From: Camelus ferus
Taxonomy: Eukaryota
DNA length: 64,000 nucleotides
Direction of reading: 5' to 3'
Assembly: GCF_009834535.1 (NCBI RefSeq)
Contig: NC_045697.1
Location: 112,656,001-112,720,000, forward strand
Shown here in pieces: positions 12,509 through 23,699 of this stretch (positions within the stretch are counted from its first letter, which is position 1; each line of letters begins with the position of its first letter). The position numbers were made by a program, and so were the translations under genes. The notes under the pieces are model-generated. The model was not told the DNA's origin, did no database searches, and saw only the letters and a program-made list of their open reading frames with translations.

Positions 12509-15112
12509 ATAATTTTAAATGGGATTTTTTTAACTTTCTCTTTCTGATATTTCATTACTAATGTAAGAAATGCAGCAGATTTCTAGATATTAATCTCAAA
12601 TCCCACTGTCTTGCTGAATTAATTTATTAGTTACCATAGTTTTTGTGTGGAGTCCCACAGGTTGTCTTTACAGAGTATCATGTCAATAACTCTTTTTACA
12701 TAAACTCATTTTAAAAGTTATTTTTTCAATATGCCTGTATTCTTTATGACCGATACTTTATGACTGATACTTGCTAGATGATGACAACCATAGCAGCTTG
12801 TACTTTCACAACTCAAGCAGCAGATTTCTCAAGGAGTATTTTATAAACTATTTTTTTAAAGTGTTTTTAAGCTGCACAGAGCCTCGGTGGGCCATCCGGT
12901 TGGCTTATGAGCAAGCTTAAGTGGTCTGTTTCTATCTGACACAAGACAGTTCTACTCTTATACGTTCTATATGTTACATGTCAGTGTAATGTTTTAGGCA
13001 AGGAATGAATAAAAGAAAGAAAGAATGAAGGGTGGAATATATAATAAGGAAATATGTTGTATCACTGCTGTAGATAATACATTTAAAAGGTTTCTAGTCT
13101 GGAAGAGAGCTGCCTAGGACACAGTACTCACACTTTTACCCCCATTTCCTTTGTTAACTTAAAACAGGAAATGCAGTGAGCAGATGAGGCCATCTGACAT
13201 GTTTTGTTTTTTATTTGCTACATGTTCAAAATTAAATTGCTAAAATGCCAGTGGGCTGAGGGGTTTTCTGGTAGTATTTTATTTTTGCTTTTTAAAAAAA
13301 TCTATGGAAACCCTTTACTGTTTCATTGAAAAGGGACAGGTGAATCGCAGGCAGTGTCATTTGATGATGGTGAAATACACAGCAGGTCAGTCTGGTACAG
13401 AGTTATCTGCCATCATTCAAGTAATTGACCATGAGGCTCAGAGGATGATCAACAAGTCGTGCACATTGGAAGGGAAAAAACCAAGTCCAGGGCGATTTGC
13501 TGTGCTTTCTGAAGCAGCCTGGTTTCCTTCTGTTCAGACTAGCTTTGAGCTGGTGAAGGGAACTGAAGTTCCACTAATGCCCAGGGGCAAGCAGTTCAGG
13601 GGAAGGAGGTTCCCTCTTAAGGGAGCAGGGCATGTATTTTGGAAGTGCAGCAGTAAACCTTTGCTTGTCCTGTGAGATGACGACTGCTCTTCCAGCCTTT
13701 TGTTTGCCTTCATTTTTGAGCGCTGAGAGTTCATCCGTTTCCATAGGCCAGAGGACTCCTTTGTGAAACGTATTTTGGAGTAAGTGGATCCACTTGACCA
13801 TATCGGATCCATATTGGATCCACACTGGAAATGTATTTTAATCTTTAAAAATGAGAAACCTAAACCCAAAGCAGGAACAATGTGCAAAGAACATAACTGG
13901 GAATCTCGGTTTTTGTGTTTAGTTAACACCTTCTATTCTAGATTTTCCTTTTAGAAATTCAGTTGTTAAAAGTACTTTACTAGGAGCTGGTAAAGTCGCT
14001 TATCTCCATGGGACCTGGGTAAGAAATCAAGAAGACAATTACCGTCTCACGGTGAAGATTTAATTACTGTTTGTATGCTGCCAAGATAAAGCCCAGAAAT
14101 AATTATTACAAATTTGAGAGCTCTGTATGTTTGACACAACAAAGCTCTCAAAATTGCACCCTGACAAGATCTTGGTGACCTATTCTCTTTTCATATGGTG
14201 TCCCCTGGGCTTAAAGCTTGCTTAAGCAGTGATACAACACTGATATTTGAAATACAGATTAATTATACTAAGTAGTGTGAAGTCAGAAAAAATAAAATGA
14301 ATATAAACAAGTGTAACATATTTCAAACTTGCCTGATAAAGTTCTCTGAATATTTATGCATTTATTAGACACCAGTCTGTTCCTGGTGTTGAACTAGGAA
14401 GCAAAGGGGAAAAAAAAAAGGTCAGGTTTGAGATCTACCAGAAATTTTCCCAGTGATGACAGAGAGCTGGCTTGTCCCAGGTTAGTGATATTTCCAGAAC
14501 TGAAATATTATAAATCCCCAAATATGCAATTAGTATGAAAAAGGAAACCTACTGTATCAAACAATGCATCAAACAAAAGTGCAGTGAAAATTAAAAAGTA
14601 AATAATAAGTAAGGAATAAATACATAAATAAGAATGTGTCTCTTTCTAATTAGGAAAGTAGAAAATGCTCTGAGTATTTAAACAGAGGAAGTGTAGGGCA
14701 GGGAGTTGGTGCCACAGGTAATGGATTTGCTGATAAATCACTCCACACTCCGCTCTCCCTGTTATGTGGAATGATTCCTAATTCCTTTCAGATCACTGTG
14801 CCTCCCTCTTCCCTAAAAACCACAGGCATCAAAACTCATTCTAACAAAACATCCTACCTAATACCCCTCTTTGTCATAATCACCTGCAGACCTTTGATGA
14901 ATTACCCTGTATTCCTCAGACATGTTAGCGCCTGGATAGTGCCCTTCAAAATTGTTTTCTGTTCTGTTCAAAATAGGTATCTCGCTTCGAAATTGTTCCT
15001 GTAATAATTGATCCTTCCAATTATCTTGTATATCATTCCTTTGTCCTTCTCGTCTCCAATGTCCTAGTCTCCATTCTAACTAAGCCATCCCTTCCTAGGG
15101 CTATTACTGTGC

Positions 15113-15628
15113 ACCAGGTCTGTTCAGTAGGACTTTCTGCAGTGATGAGAATGTTCTGTACCTATGGTGTGCAATACAATAGTGCTATAGACTGAATGTG
15201 TCCCCCTAAAATTTATAGACTGAATGTCTGGGTGTCCCCCTAAAATTTGTATGTTGAAACCTCACCCCCAATGTGGTGGGATTTGGAGGTGGAGCCTTTG
15301 GGGGGTCGATTAGGTTGTGAGGATGGAACCCTCATAAAATAGGTCTTAGAGAGCTCGCTCATCCCTTCTGCCATGTGAGGACAAACAAAGAGATGGCTGT
15401 CCATGAGCCAGGAAGCAATTTCATACTGGACAAACGAGTCTGCTAATATTTTGATCTTGGACTTTCCAGCTTCCAAGTCATCTATTTTTGCAGCTGGAAG
15501 AGAATAAGACCCATATGGCTATTGAGCACCAAAATGTAGCTTTTGTGACTAAGAAAGTGAATTCTAATTTTACTGAATTTTAATTAATTTAAATAGCCAC
15601 ATGTGAGGACCATCTTATACACTGCAGC
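15113..15628 (+). mobile_element. MER3 (hAT-Charlie MITE) split by an MLT1A LTR
   Basis: 'ctgttcagtaggactttctgcagtgatgagaatgttct' before the LTR and 'atggctattgagcac...ttaattaatttaaatagccacatgtg' after it resemble the MER3 consensus. Confidence 0.8.
15183..15511 (+). mobile_element. MaLR solo LTR (MLT1A-like) with 5' tandem duplication and internal 3' deletion
   Basis: 'tgctatagactgaatgt...ccccctaaaatttgtatgttgaaacctcacccccaatgtg', 'gccatgtgaggac', 'ttgatcttggactttccagc', ends 'taagac'. Confidence 0.85.
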
Positions 15629-15639
15629 TTAGACTTTGT

Positions 15640-17972
15640 CATTAACAATAACTCTACCCATTTCTTAGTCTTATCTCCATGTTTACCCTCTCTGACCTCA
15701 TGCCAGTGTTTCTAGCTCGCTTTCTCTAGAACCCGTCTCCAGCAAGTTTTAGACCCCTCCCCTTAGACTTTGAATCCATTGATCTTACCACTTTTCACCG
15801 TCTTTAGCCCAGTGAGCTTCTCAGTTTCCTTTTTACACAACTTAGATTCCATGAGCCATCATTATAATCTCTCCCTGTATTTACCATTCATCTTGCTTGC
15901 TCTTCTATTCCTTCTGGGTATTTGATTGGAAAACCTCCAGGTCTAGTTTAATTAGATTAAACCTCCAATCTAATTCTTTGCCTGCTCTGGGCACTTAGCT
16001 GTGCCGTGAATGTGGCTGAAGAAAACCAGGCTTCCCACACCTCCCTGTAACTTCCTGGCCACTTAGCACAAGCAGACCCATAGGAGCTACCCAGCTACCC
16101 CTGTTCCTCTAGCTCATTCACTCTCTTACTGAACTGATCAGCTAGTTCATACCCTCACCCTGAACTCCTGAGACCTCCTCTCTCAGCCTCCCTCTCAACT
16201 GATGCCCTTGCTTTGTGCGATCAGAAGAGAACTTCCATGAGTCCGTAAGCCCTTCCAACATCACCTACCCATCCGTTGATCTGCGCGTCTACACTTCACA
16301 CTTCCCTCCTTCAGCTGAGGTGTAAGTGCCCAAGATCTCAGCCAAGGCAATGCCTCAACTTGTGTGTTAGATACAGTTCCCTCCATGTTACTCCAAGTCA
16401 CTGGGGAAATTCTTTTAGAAATCTTCAGTTTTCCCCTTGTCCTCCCTCATTCCCATCAACATTCAAGCACATTATCTCATTAATCTCATTTTAAACATTT
16501 ATTTAAACATGTCGTTAATCTCATCTTAAACAATGAAAGATCTCATAGCCCGCCACACCATTCCAGCTCTGCTCCATGTCTCTATTCCCTTACGCAGAAA
16601 AAAGCCTCAGAATTGTCCACATTTTCTACTTTCACTGAATGCCTTCCCTTTCTCTCTTGAGTCCACTCAAGCCAGCTTGCTTTCTTCTTCTCTTTTTCTT
16701 CTGTCACAGTCACCAGTGACTGTCCCCCTCCTAATTTAAGGGCCACCTCTCAGTTGTCTTCTGACACAGCATTTAATCTACATGGTTAATTCCTCCTCCT
16801 TGTAACAGTGCCGTTGCTTCTCAGAACACCCCACACTCTCCTGGTTTACCTCCTCCTGGCTTCCTTAGCTGCTGTTTTTCTTCAGACTTCTTTACTGGCT
16901 CTGCACAGTCTCCTTATTTACCAACTTTGTAGTCCTCTGGGGCTGAATCTTTAAACCTCTTCTCTTCTCTGTTTTTACTTACTCCTCAGGAGATTTCGCC
17001 CATCTCTCGGCTCTAAAACTCAAGCACATGCTCATTACGCCCAAATTTATGCCTGCATCCCAGAATCTCTCCCCTGAAGCCTGTACTCAGGTGTCTCTCT
17101 TCTTGGTGCTCCTTACAGAGTCTAATAAACATTGCTAATTTAAATATGCTTAAAATAAATTTCTAATCCCTCCTTCTCAAAACCTAACAATTAACACTGC
17201 TCCCATCTCATGTAATGACCACCCCATTTTCCTAATTGCTCTGATCCAAAACCTCAGGTCTTCCTGTATTCACCTCTCACCACTCTCCCCTCCCTCAAAC
17301 CACATCCAAACCACTAAAAATAAATCCAGAATCTGACTACCTCTCATCACTGCTTACCCATCTTAAGCTTTCTACAAGATTACTGGAAGAGCCACTTCAT
17401 TGCTTTTACTGAATTTGCTGGGTTGGAGTCTACCAGCAGAGCTTCTGGAGTTCTTGAGATTCAAGATGGTCTAAACTCTTAAGAACTTCAACTTGTAAAA
17501 AGCCATTCAGTATTGATGGCCACCATGTTTGGCATCAGATGCCCTGACCTTCCCTCCCCAGCCCTTCCAAAGCATGTGCATGTTTTTAATATGAAAACAC
17601 TTCCTGCTTGGAATACAAAGAATGGCTTCTGCTTTCCTGAGTGAAACCTGACGTACACTTTGTGGAGAAATAATTTGCCTCTTGAAGCTAACTCCTCCTT
17701 TCTTCATTTCCTTCCGATACTTACTCCCTGTTCTGATTAAATAACCCCTCCATTTCCTATCCTTTTTCCTGCTTTCCAGGCACTGGTTTATCTGCACCAC
17801 CCCAGCTGACACACTTATATTGACTTATCTGCTTAGTATCTGTGTCCCCGCAGTAGAATGTAGGCTTCCTAAGGCAGAACACTTTCTCTTTGATTCACTG
17901 CTGCATTCTTATTGCCAGAAGCACGCCCAGCATCGAGCACATTCCTAAAACATACTTGTTGAATGAATGAAG
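15640..17972 (+). mobile_element. Long L2 LINE remnant
   Basis: Pyrimidine-rich L2 body ending in the canonical 3' terminus 'tagaatgtaggcttcctaaggcag...tacttgttgaatgaatgaa'; 5' boundary approximate. Confidence 0.75.
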
Positions 17973-18004
17973 GAATAAATCTGGCTATACTTTAAGAATG
18001 AACA

Positions 18005-18230
18005 TAGTAGTAACTAACTTTTAAAAAGTGTTTACTGTTTGCCAGACACAGTTGTGAGGGCCTGATATAATATTAGCTCATTAAATCCTTACAACAGCAC
18101 AATGAAGAAGATTTGTTATCACATGGTTTTATAGATGAGGAAACTGAGGCACAGATGGATCAAATAATTTGCCCAAAGTCACACAGTTAATGGAGGTCAA
18201 GGGTCAGGGTTTGATCTCAGGCAGTCTGGC
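18005..18230 (-). mobile_element. MIR SINE
   Basis: Core 'ttttatagatgaggaaactgaggcacaga...tttgcccaaagtcacacag'. Confidence 0.88.
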
Positions 18231-18459
18231 ATTTTTATTGCCGCTCAAAAAATAAACAGCATAAAGAATAAAGATGGGAAGGGAGAGTCCATTTAAAAAT
18301 TTCAAACCACCCAGAATATTTTGTGATATAAGCACAGAAAATTCTTTTTACTTACTAATTCTGACACGAAAACATCAGAAATTTCAACATAACTTCCTAC
18401 ATTTAAAAAGTAACAAAAATAGTATATGGTATTTACTATTAAGAATTTTTTTTTTTAGT

Positions 18460-18598
18460 GGGGAGTATATAGCTCAGTGGTAGAGTGCCTGCTTAGCATG
18501 CACGAGGTCCTGGGTTCAATCCCCAGCACCTTCATTAAGAAATAAATAGTAAATAAATAAATAAACCTAATTATCACCCCCCCGCCTCCACAGAAAAA
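18460..18598 (+). mobile_element. tRNA-Ala-derived camelid SINE (vic-1-like)
   Basis: 'ggggagtatatagctcagtggtagagtgcctgcttagcatgcacgaggtcctgggttcaatccccagcacc' followed by AAAT tail and C-tract; flanks aagaatttt / aagagtttt. Confidence 0.9.
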
Positions 18599-18984
18599 GA
18601 GTTTTCTTTTTCATCTGTAGATGGTGGTTTGGCAATAATCACTTACCAGGCAGATTTGTCATAAAGGTATGTGCTCAGGAAGGTAGGACTTCTGGTCCAT
18701 AAAACACAGTAGAAAAAGGAAATGGCGTCAGGACGTGATTCTTGTCACACATGACGGGGAGCAGATGTTACTCAGTGAGACACAGGCATTCCCGGGACTA
18801 AGGTCTGAGAAACTCAGTCAGAATCCCTCTTGTCGATCTTTTATCTGTTATCTGGCCTCTTTTCTCCCACCACGTAACGTATATTTGTTGAGTGTGTTTG
18901 GCTGTACTACGTGGTGATGAGACAGTCTGTGCTCTAAGTATGTTTATAATTTCGTAGAAACGCATAAGAAGTTACCACATTACG

Positions 18985-19222
18985 TAGCCTCTTTGCTAAA
19001 GGGGAAGCCTCTGGACTCCCACGCCCTGGAATCAGGCCCTGATTCCAAGACTGAGCAAGATATTTAATCTTCTTGTACCTCAGTTCCTTATCCCTAAAGT
19101 CGAGATGAAAAGACCATCTGCCCCCTAGGATTATTAAAGGATTAAATGGCTTGATATTTATAAAGCACTTAGAACAGTGTCCGGCACATGGTCAAGACGT
19201 CATAAACATTGCTTATTATTGT
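18985..19222 (+). mobile_element. MIR SINE
   Basis: 'acctcagttccttatccctaaa', 'taaagcacttagaacagtgtccggcacatgg', ends 'cttattatt'. Confidence 0.82.
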
Positions 19223-19338
19223 AATGTAATTTACATGATATTATCCTAAACTATGATAAACCACTGTGTGTCCCCAGAACATGGCACTTCATACGATGTC
19301 TCTGTTTTCTCCATTATTTTCCCTCCCCTAACGTTTTC

Positions 19339-20156
19339 TGTTGCAAAAACCTACAGTCCTCCTCTTGTGTTGCTGTCACACTACTCTCACACACAGGACA
19401 CTGTGGATGCCAGGGGTGTGGGAGTTTTCCCCCACAGCAAGCAATTCTCTGGGGTCTCAGCAGGGTGTCCTACAATTTAACTCAATTCTGACACTCTGTA
19501 CCTGGAGCTGGCATCAGACCCCACAGGTTAAAGCTGCGTCCCACAAGGCTGCTCCCATCCCACTTGAAATGCCCACCACAAGCATTGTGGATCCTGGGTT
19601 ACCCGCTGCTTCTGTCTGACTTGGCTACAACCCCTTCTTCTGGTTCAAATAATCTGCTAGAGTGGCTCAAGGAACTCAGGGAAACAATTTGCTCGCTTAT
19701 TAAAAGATGTGATGAGGGCTACAGATGAAGACCCAGATGAAGAGATACACAACACGAGGTCTGGGAGGGTCTGGAGTGCAGGAGCTTCTGTCCCCAGGAG
19801 AAGGGGTGTATCCTCTCCCAACGTGTGGATGTGTTCACTCACCTGGAAGCTCCTAGGACCCTACGCTACGGGGATCTTTATGGAAGCTTCCTCACATCAT
19901 TAACTCCATTCCAGCCCCTCTCCCCTTTCTGGAGGATGGGGGATGCAGGTGAAAATTAAGTTTCTAATCATGGCTTGGTCTTTCTGGTGACCCGCTCTCA
20001 CCCAGGAGCCCCCCTTACCCCAAGTCACCTCATTAGAACAAAAGATGCCTCTAGCCTTCTTATCACTTAGGAAATTACAAGGGTTTTAGGAGCCTTGTTC
20101 CTGGAACCAGGGAGGGGAGCAATCACCAATATATAGATTTCCTATTTTCTCATACA
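19339..20156 (-). mobile_element. MER21-like LTR
   Basis: 'gggtgtcctacaatttaactcaattctgacact...cagaccccacaggttaa', 'gctagagtggctcaaggaactcagggaaaca', 'agtcacctcattagaacaaaagatg'. Confidence 0.8.
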
Positions 20157-21002
20157 GGTCATTTCCTGATTCCTCATTAACTCCAGAATGTTACTGAAAC
20201 TCAGGTCAAGCATCAGCCCAGAGCTTGAATAGCATTTATCTCACCATAGGTAATAGTTGATATAATTTACTGTGAATGTAAATTTGCTTAGATACATGCT
20301 TCTATCTCATAGGGACCATACTGAACAACTTCGTGTCTCAGCTTCTAGCACAGTGTCTGGCATGTGGTGCAGAAATTAAATAGCAAAATGAAACAATGCT
20401 TGCTGCACATGAAATGGTAAGGATATTAGAGAAATGCTGTAATGCTCTCCAAGAAGAGGGCCTCATGCTACCTCCCAAGGAAACTTCGCAAGTATTGTGC
20501 CTTGAATTTCCAGCTGTCTGTTGGATCCTCAGCCTTAAGAGCTCAGACAGTGAATTGGAAAGCACACCAATACTTCATTCATTTCTCAGGAGTGGACGCT
20601 GACCTAATGAATCAGACAAACGGAACCAGTCTGCAGTTTATCAATTGACAGTGAGAAATGACTGTCACCCAGACAAGAATACTCAAAGTGCAAAGATGAG
20701 TGTGTTCCCTTGCTAAAGTCAGAGCTTCAGGAGGCTCTGCAGTAAATACATGTGGAAGAAAGAATGAATTCAGGTAGAAATACTCAAGGGAGAGTTCTGG
20801 ACTGGAAAGTGTAGTATCTGAAGGTGTCGAAATGGAAAAGTCCCTTAGGCATGAATATTTGGGGCAGGGTGAGAAGAGGGTTCAAAGCGAAAGTTTAGGT
20901 AATCCTTGACTTCTTCATCTTATCTTTCCAAAATTCCTGTTTATCTTATAGGAGAAAGGTTCCTTGCGCCCAAAGCCCAATGTTGTTCTGGGCTTTGAAC
21001 TT

Positions 21003-21081
21003 ACAACAGGGATTTACTGGATAGCACAGGAAACTATGCTCAATATCTTGTAATAACCTATAATGGAAAAGAATCTGAAAA

Positions 21082-21147
<66 letters not shown>

Positions 21148-21212
21148 ATAACTGAATCACTATGCAGTACACCAGAAACTAACACACATTGTAAATCAAC
21201 TATATTGCAATT
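21003..21212 (+). mobile_element. Short L1 3'-end fragment containing an expanded (TA)n
   Basis: 'atagcacaggaaactatgctcaatatcttgtaataacctataatggaaaagaatctgaaaaa' ... 'tgtaaatcaactata'. Confidence 0.88.
21084..21142. repeat. (AT)n microsatellite
   Basis: Directly visible perfect AT run. Confidence 0.97.
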
Positions 21213-21529
21213 TTCTTTTAAAGGATCTTTCAGATTTTCTCCTGCCGGAAGCCCTTTCTATCCTGAACCCACATCAAGGAAAATGCAACTTGCTTTTCAC
21301 TTTGGAAGTGAGAAATCTTAAGTAGGTTTTCTGGATCACAAAAGGTCTTTCCTTCTTCAATTATGTTTACATTTTATACATATTTTCTACATATGAACAG
21401 GAGAATCTCCAACCCTATCCTCTTCTGTTTATTCTATTGACCTTACTTAATTACAGGATTTGGGTGATTATTTTTGTGATGTCTTCCTAGCATCTATTTT
21501 CTTTACAAACTGCCTCATAATAGTTAAAA

Positions 21530-22130
21530 CCAAAGGCCTTCAATTTTTTTTTATTGAGACACTTTATTATTTAAAAATATTACTATACCTTTCCCAATAT
21601 ATTTTATTTTGCTATATTTGTTAATAAGCAATATGTAACAAGCTATATAGTGAATCATCACATTGTGTAGACTATAAAACACACACAAAAATAGAAATTG
21701 AAAAAGTGAGATAGTGCTGGAAAAGATTATACATTTAAAAAAATATTGATTATGATATTTTAAATGTTATCTATGATGATAATGTCATACAGTCATTTAG
21801 CTAATATGGCAAATTCCAAAGCACAGAGATAACAGGGCGTATCACTGGTACCTACTTCAAATCATAGTCTTAAACTTTTACTGGTATTTGTGAGTCTATG
21901 TAAGATCTGATTAAATAATTTCAATCTATGGTGTCTTTTAAGATAGTTATAAACCACTTATTCAACAAGGGAGATTGATTTACTAAACTAGATTAAATGA
22001 CCTTGAAATGCACTTAACAGGTCATGTCTAAACTAAGGGACATTGAAATATGCGGAAATTAAATGACTGGGTGAGGCAGCCGCTGTCCATTCCCCACCAC
22101 GAGGGACGCTCCTACCTTGGGAACCTTGCG
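21530..22130. mobile_element. Possible old hAT-Charlie DNA transposon fragment
   Basis: AT-rich body ending 'ttgggaacc..tg', like a Charlie terminal repeat; weak. Confidence 0.3.
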
Positions 22131-23510
22131 TGATGTAGCAGCCTGAGTGAGGAGGCTGGTGCCTGTCATTGACTGGGAAAGCTTAGTACGGCTCAGTTTC
22201 ATTTACTGCTATGTGTGTTCATGTATGTATTTTTCATCCTCAACCCTACACACCGCCTTATTTGCTTATTCTCCTTTCAGGACCCCCTCTGATTTAAATG
22301 GAATACTTTTCCAAATTTATCCTCAAGCATTGCCAACTGCAGAGAAAAGTAATTCTCACTCCTGGAGATTGGGGCATTCGTTTTCAAATGACGGCCATTA
22401 ATTTTTTTTGAAGTTCTCTTATTAAATTTTAAAAAAATCTTTAGAAGTAAAACAGCTTTAGCATTCATTCAGTCCTATTGGTTTTTAGATAAAGTAGTTT
22501 TGTCAATTATTAACCATTTTCTAAAGTGTATACCATGTCTGATTGCTAGCTTGGGCTGTCTCCTGGCATGTAATTATGTTTATGTAAGTTTGCAAGTTTA
22601 AGGATGGCAGTTTTAGAACAAGGATAAATGAGATCTCATGAATGTGGTCAGGGTAGTTTGAAATCAGTCAGCTCTGTGATGGTGATGTTTCAAAGGTCTG
22701 GTGACCCCAGCCTCACCCATGACCTTCTCAAGTACTGAGAGGTCTTGGAACCAGGGTCGTGGTCAGTAAATATGAAAGACGAGGGGGAGGGGGGGATGCA
22801 GCCCCAGTGCTAGTTTGTCACATTTGTACCCACGACCTCTCAGAGGCAAGAGAGGCTTGGACCCTCCATTTAAAAATGTACTTGGAATACTAAGGAAAAT
22901 GAAGGAATGCCCAAGTACGGTCATATAGTAAAGCACATTTTAAGATAGAAAAGGAAACAGTCAACATTCAGGTGACACTAGAGAGTTTTTTTTAATAATT
23001 ATTGAATTTTCTTAATACAAGACTGCTTTGTTCTTTCTTTCTAGAAATCTTTTAAGCAAAGATTTGGTCCCCAGGTTCCAGGGGACGATGAGGGCCTCTC
23101 AGGACACCACGTAGGCTGGCGCATCCTACAAAGTTGCAGTCCCCTCGACCGCTCCGCTAAGTGCCTTGGGCGCATCTGACAATCAAACATCAATCTCTTT
23201 ATTCTGAAGCCAGCTTTTAGACACTATTTATAAAACCTAATAAATCAGGGCTTCCTCCCTCATTGAATAAATGGGGAACATTTTTTTTAATCCCAGTGTA
23301 GTAATTGGTAGAGGAAATGGTTAATAATCACGGTCTATGCAATTCAAAGACATGTTTATACCTTCCTCCACCAAAGAAAGATCAAAGAACATCAATTCAC
23401 TACTTCGTGATAGATTTATTAGATGTCTCTGGATTAGACGCAGAGTGGGGCAGGCAAAGGGCCCAGGATGGTGGGATGAAAGCTTGATATTTACAGCAGT
23501 GCTCTGTAAA

Positions 23511-23699
23511 TAGAGTTGTGAGAGTTAGGAAATACAAACATAAGACATCAGTTACATTTGAATATCGGACTAAAAAAATACTTTTTTAGTACAAGTATGT
23601 CCCAGTAAAAATTTAGGGTATGCTTGTATGAAAAAACATTCATTGTTTATCTGAAATTTAAATTTACCCAGGCATCTTGTAGTTTATCTCGTAACCCTA
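23511..23699. mobile_element. MER53 palindromic hAT MITE
   Basis: Termini tagagttg...taacccta; internal inverted arms 'ttttttagtacaagtatgtccc' / 'gggtatgcttgtatgaaaaaa' and 'agttacatttgaatatcgga' / 'tctgaaatttaaatttacc'. Confidence 0.85.

Larger units (their letters stand above)
8889..12690 (-). mobile_element. Older artiodactyl-type L1 (3' UTR + ORF2 3' part), host of a nested younger L1
   Basis: 3' end 'ttttttaaattgaagtatagttgatttataatattg'; resumes at 10836; degenerate ORF2 through ~12690. Confidence 0.9.

Noticed and set aside
13304..13929. Overlapping 83-131 aa ORFs in unique sequence, and three GGATCC sites at 13787-13822
   Set aside because: No recognisable homology or convincing splice pair; the GGATCC cluster is largely explained by a short tandem duplication.
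18460..18535. tRNA-Ala(AGC) gene (also 7323 and 63320 regions)
   Set aside because: Altered acceptor stem, A-rich tail, TSD-like flanks and three diverged copies: these are SINEs, not tRNA genes.
18005..19222. Oppositely oriented MIR pair as a dsRNA-forming inverted repeat
   Set aside because: Too diverged for stable long pairing.
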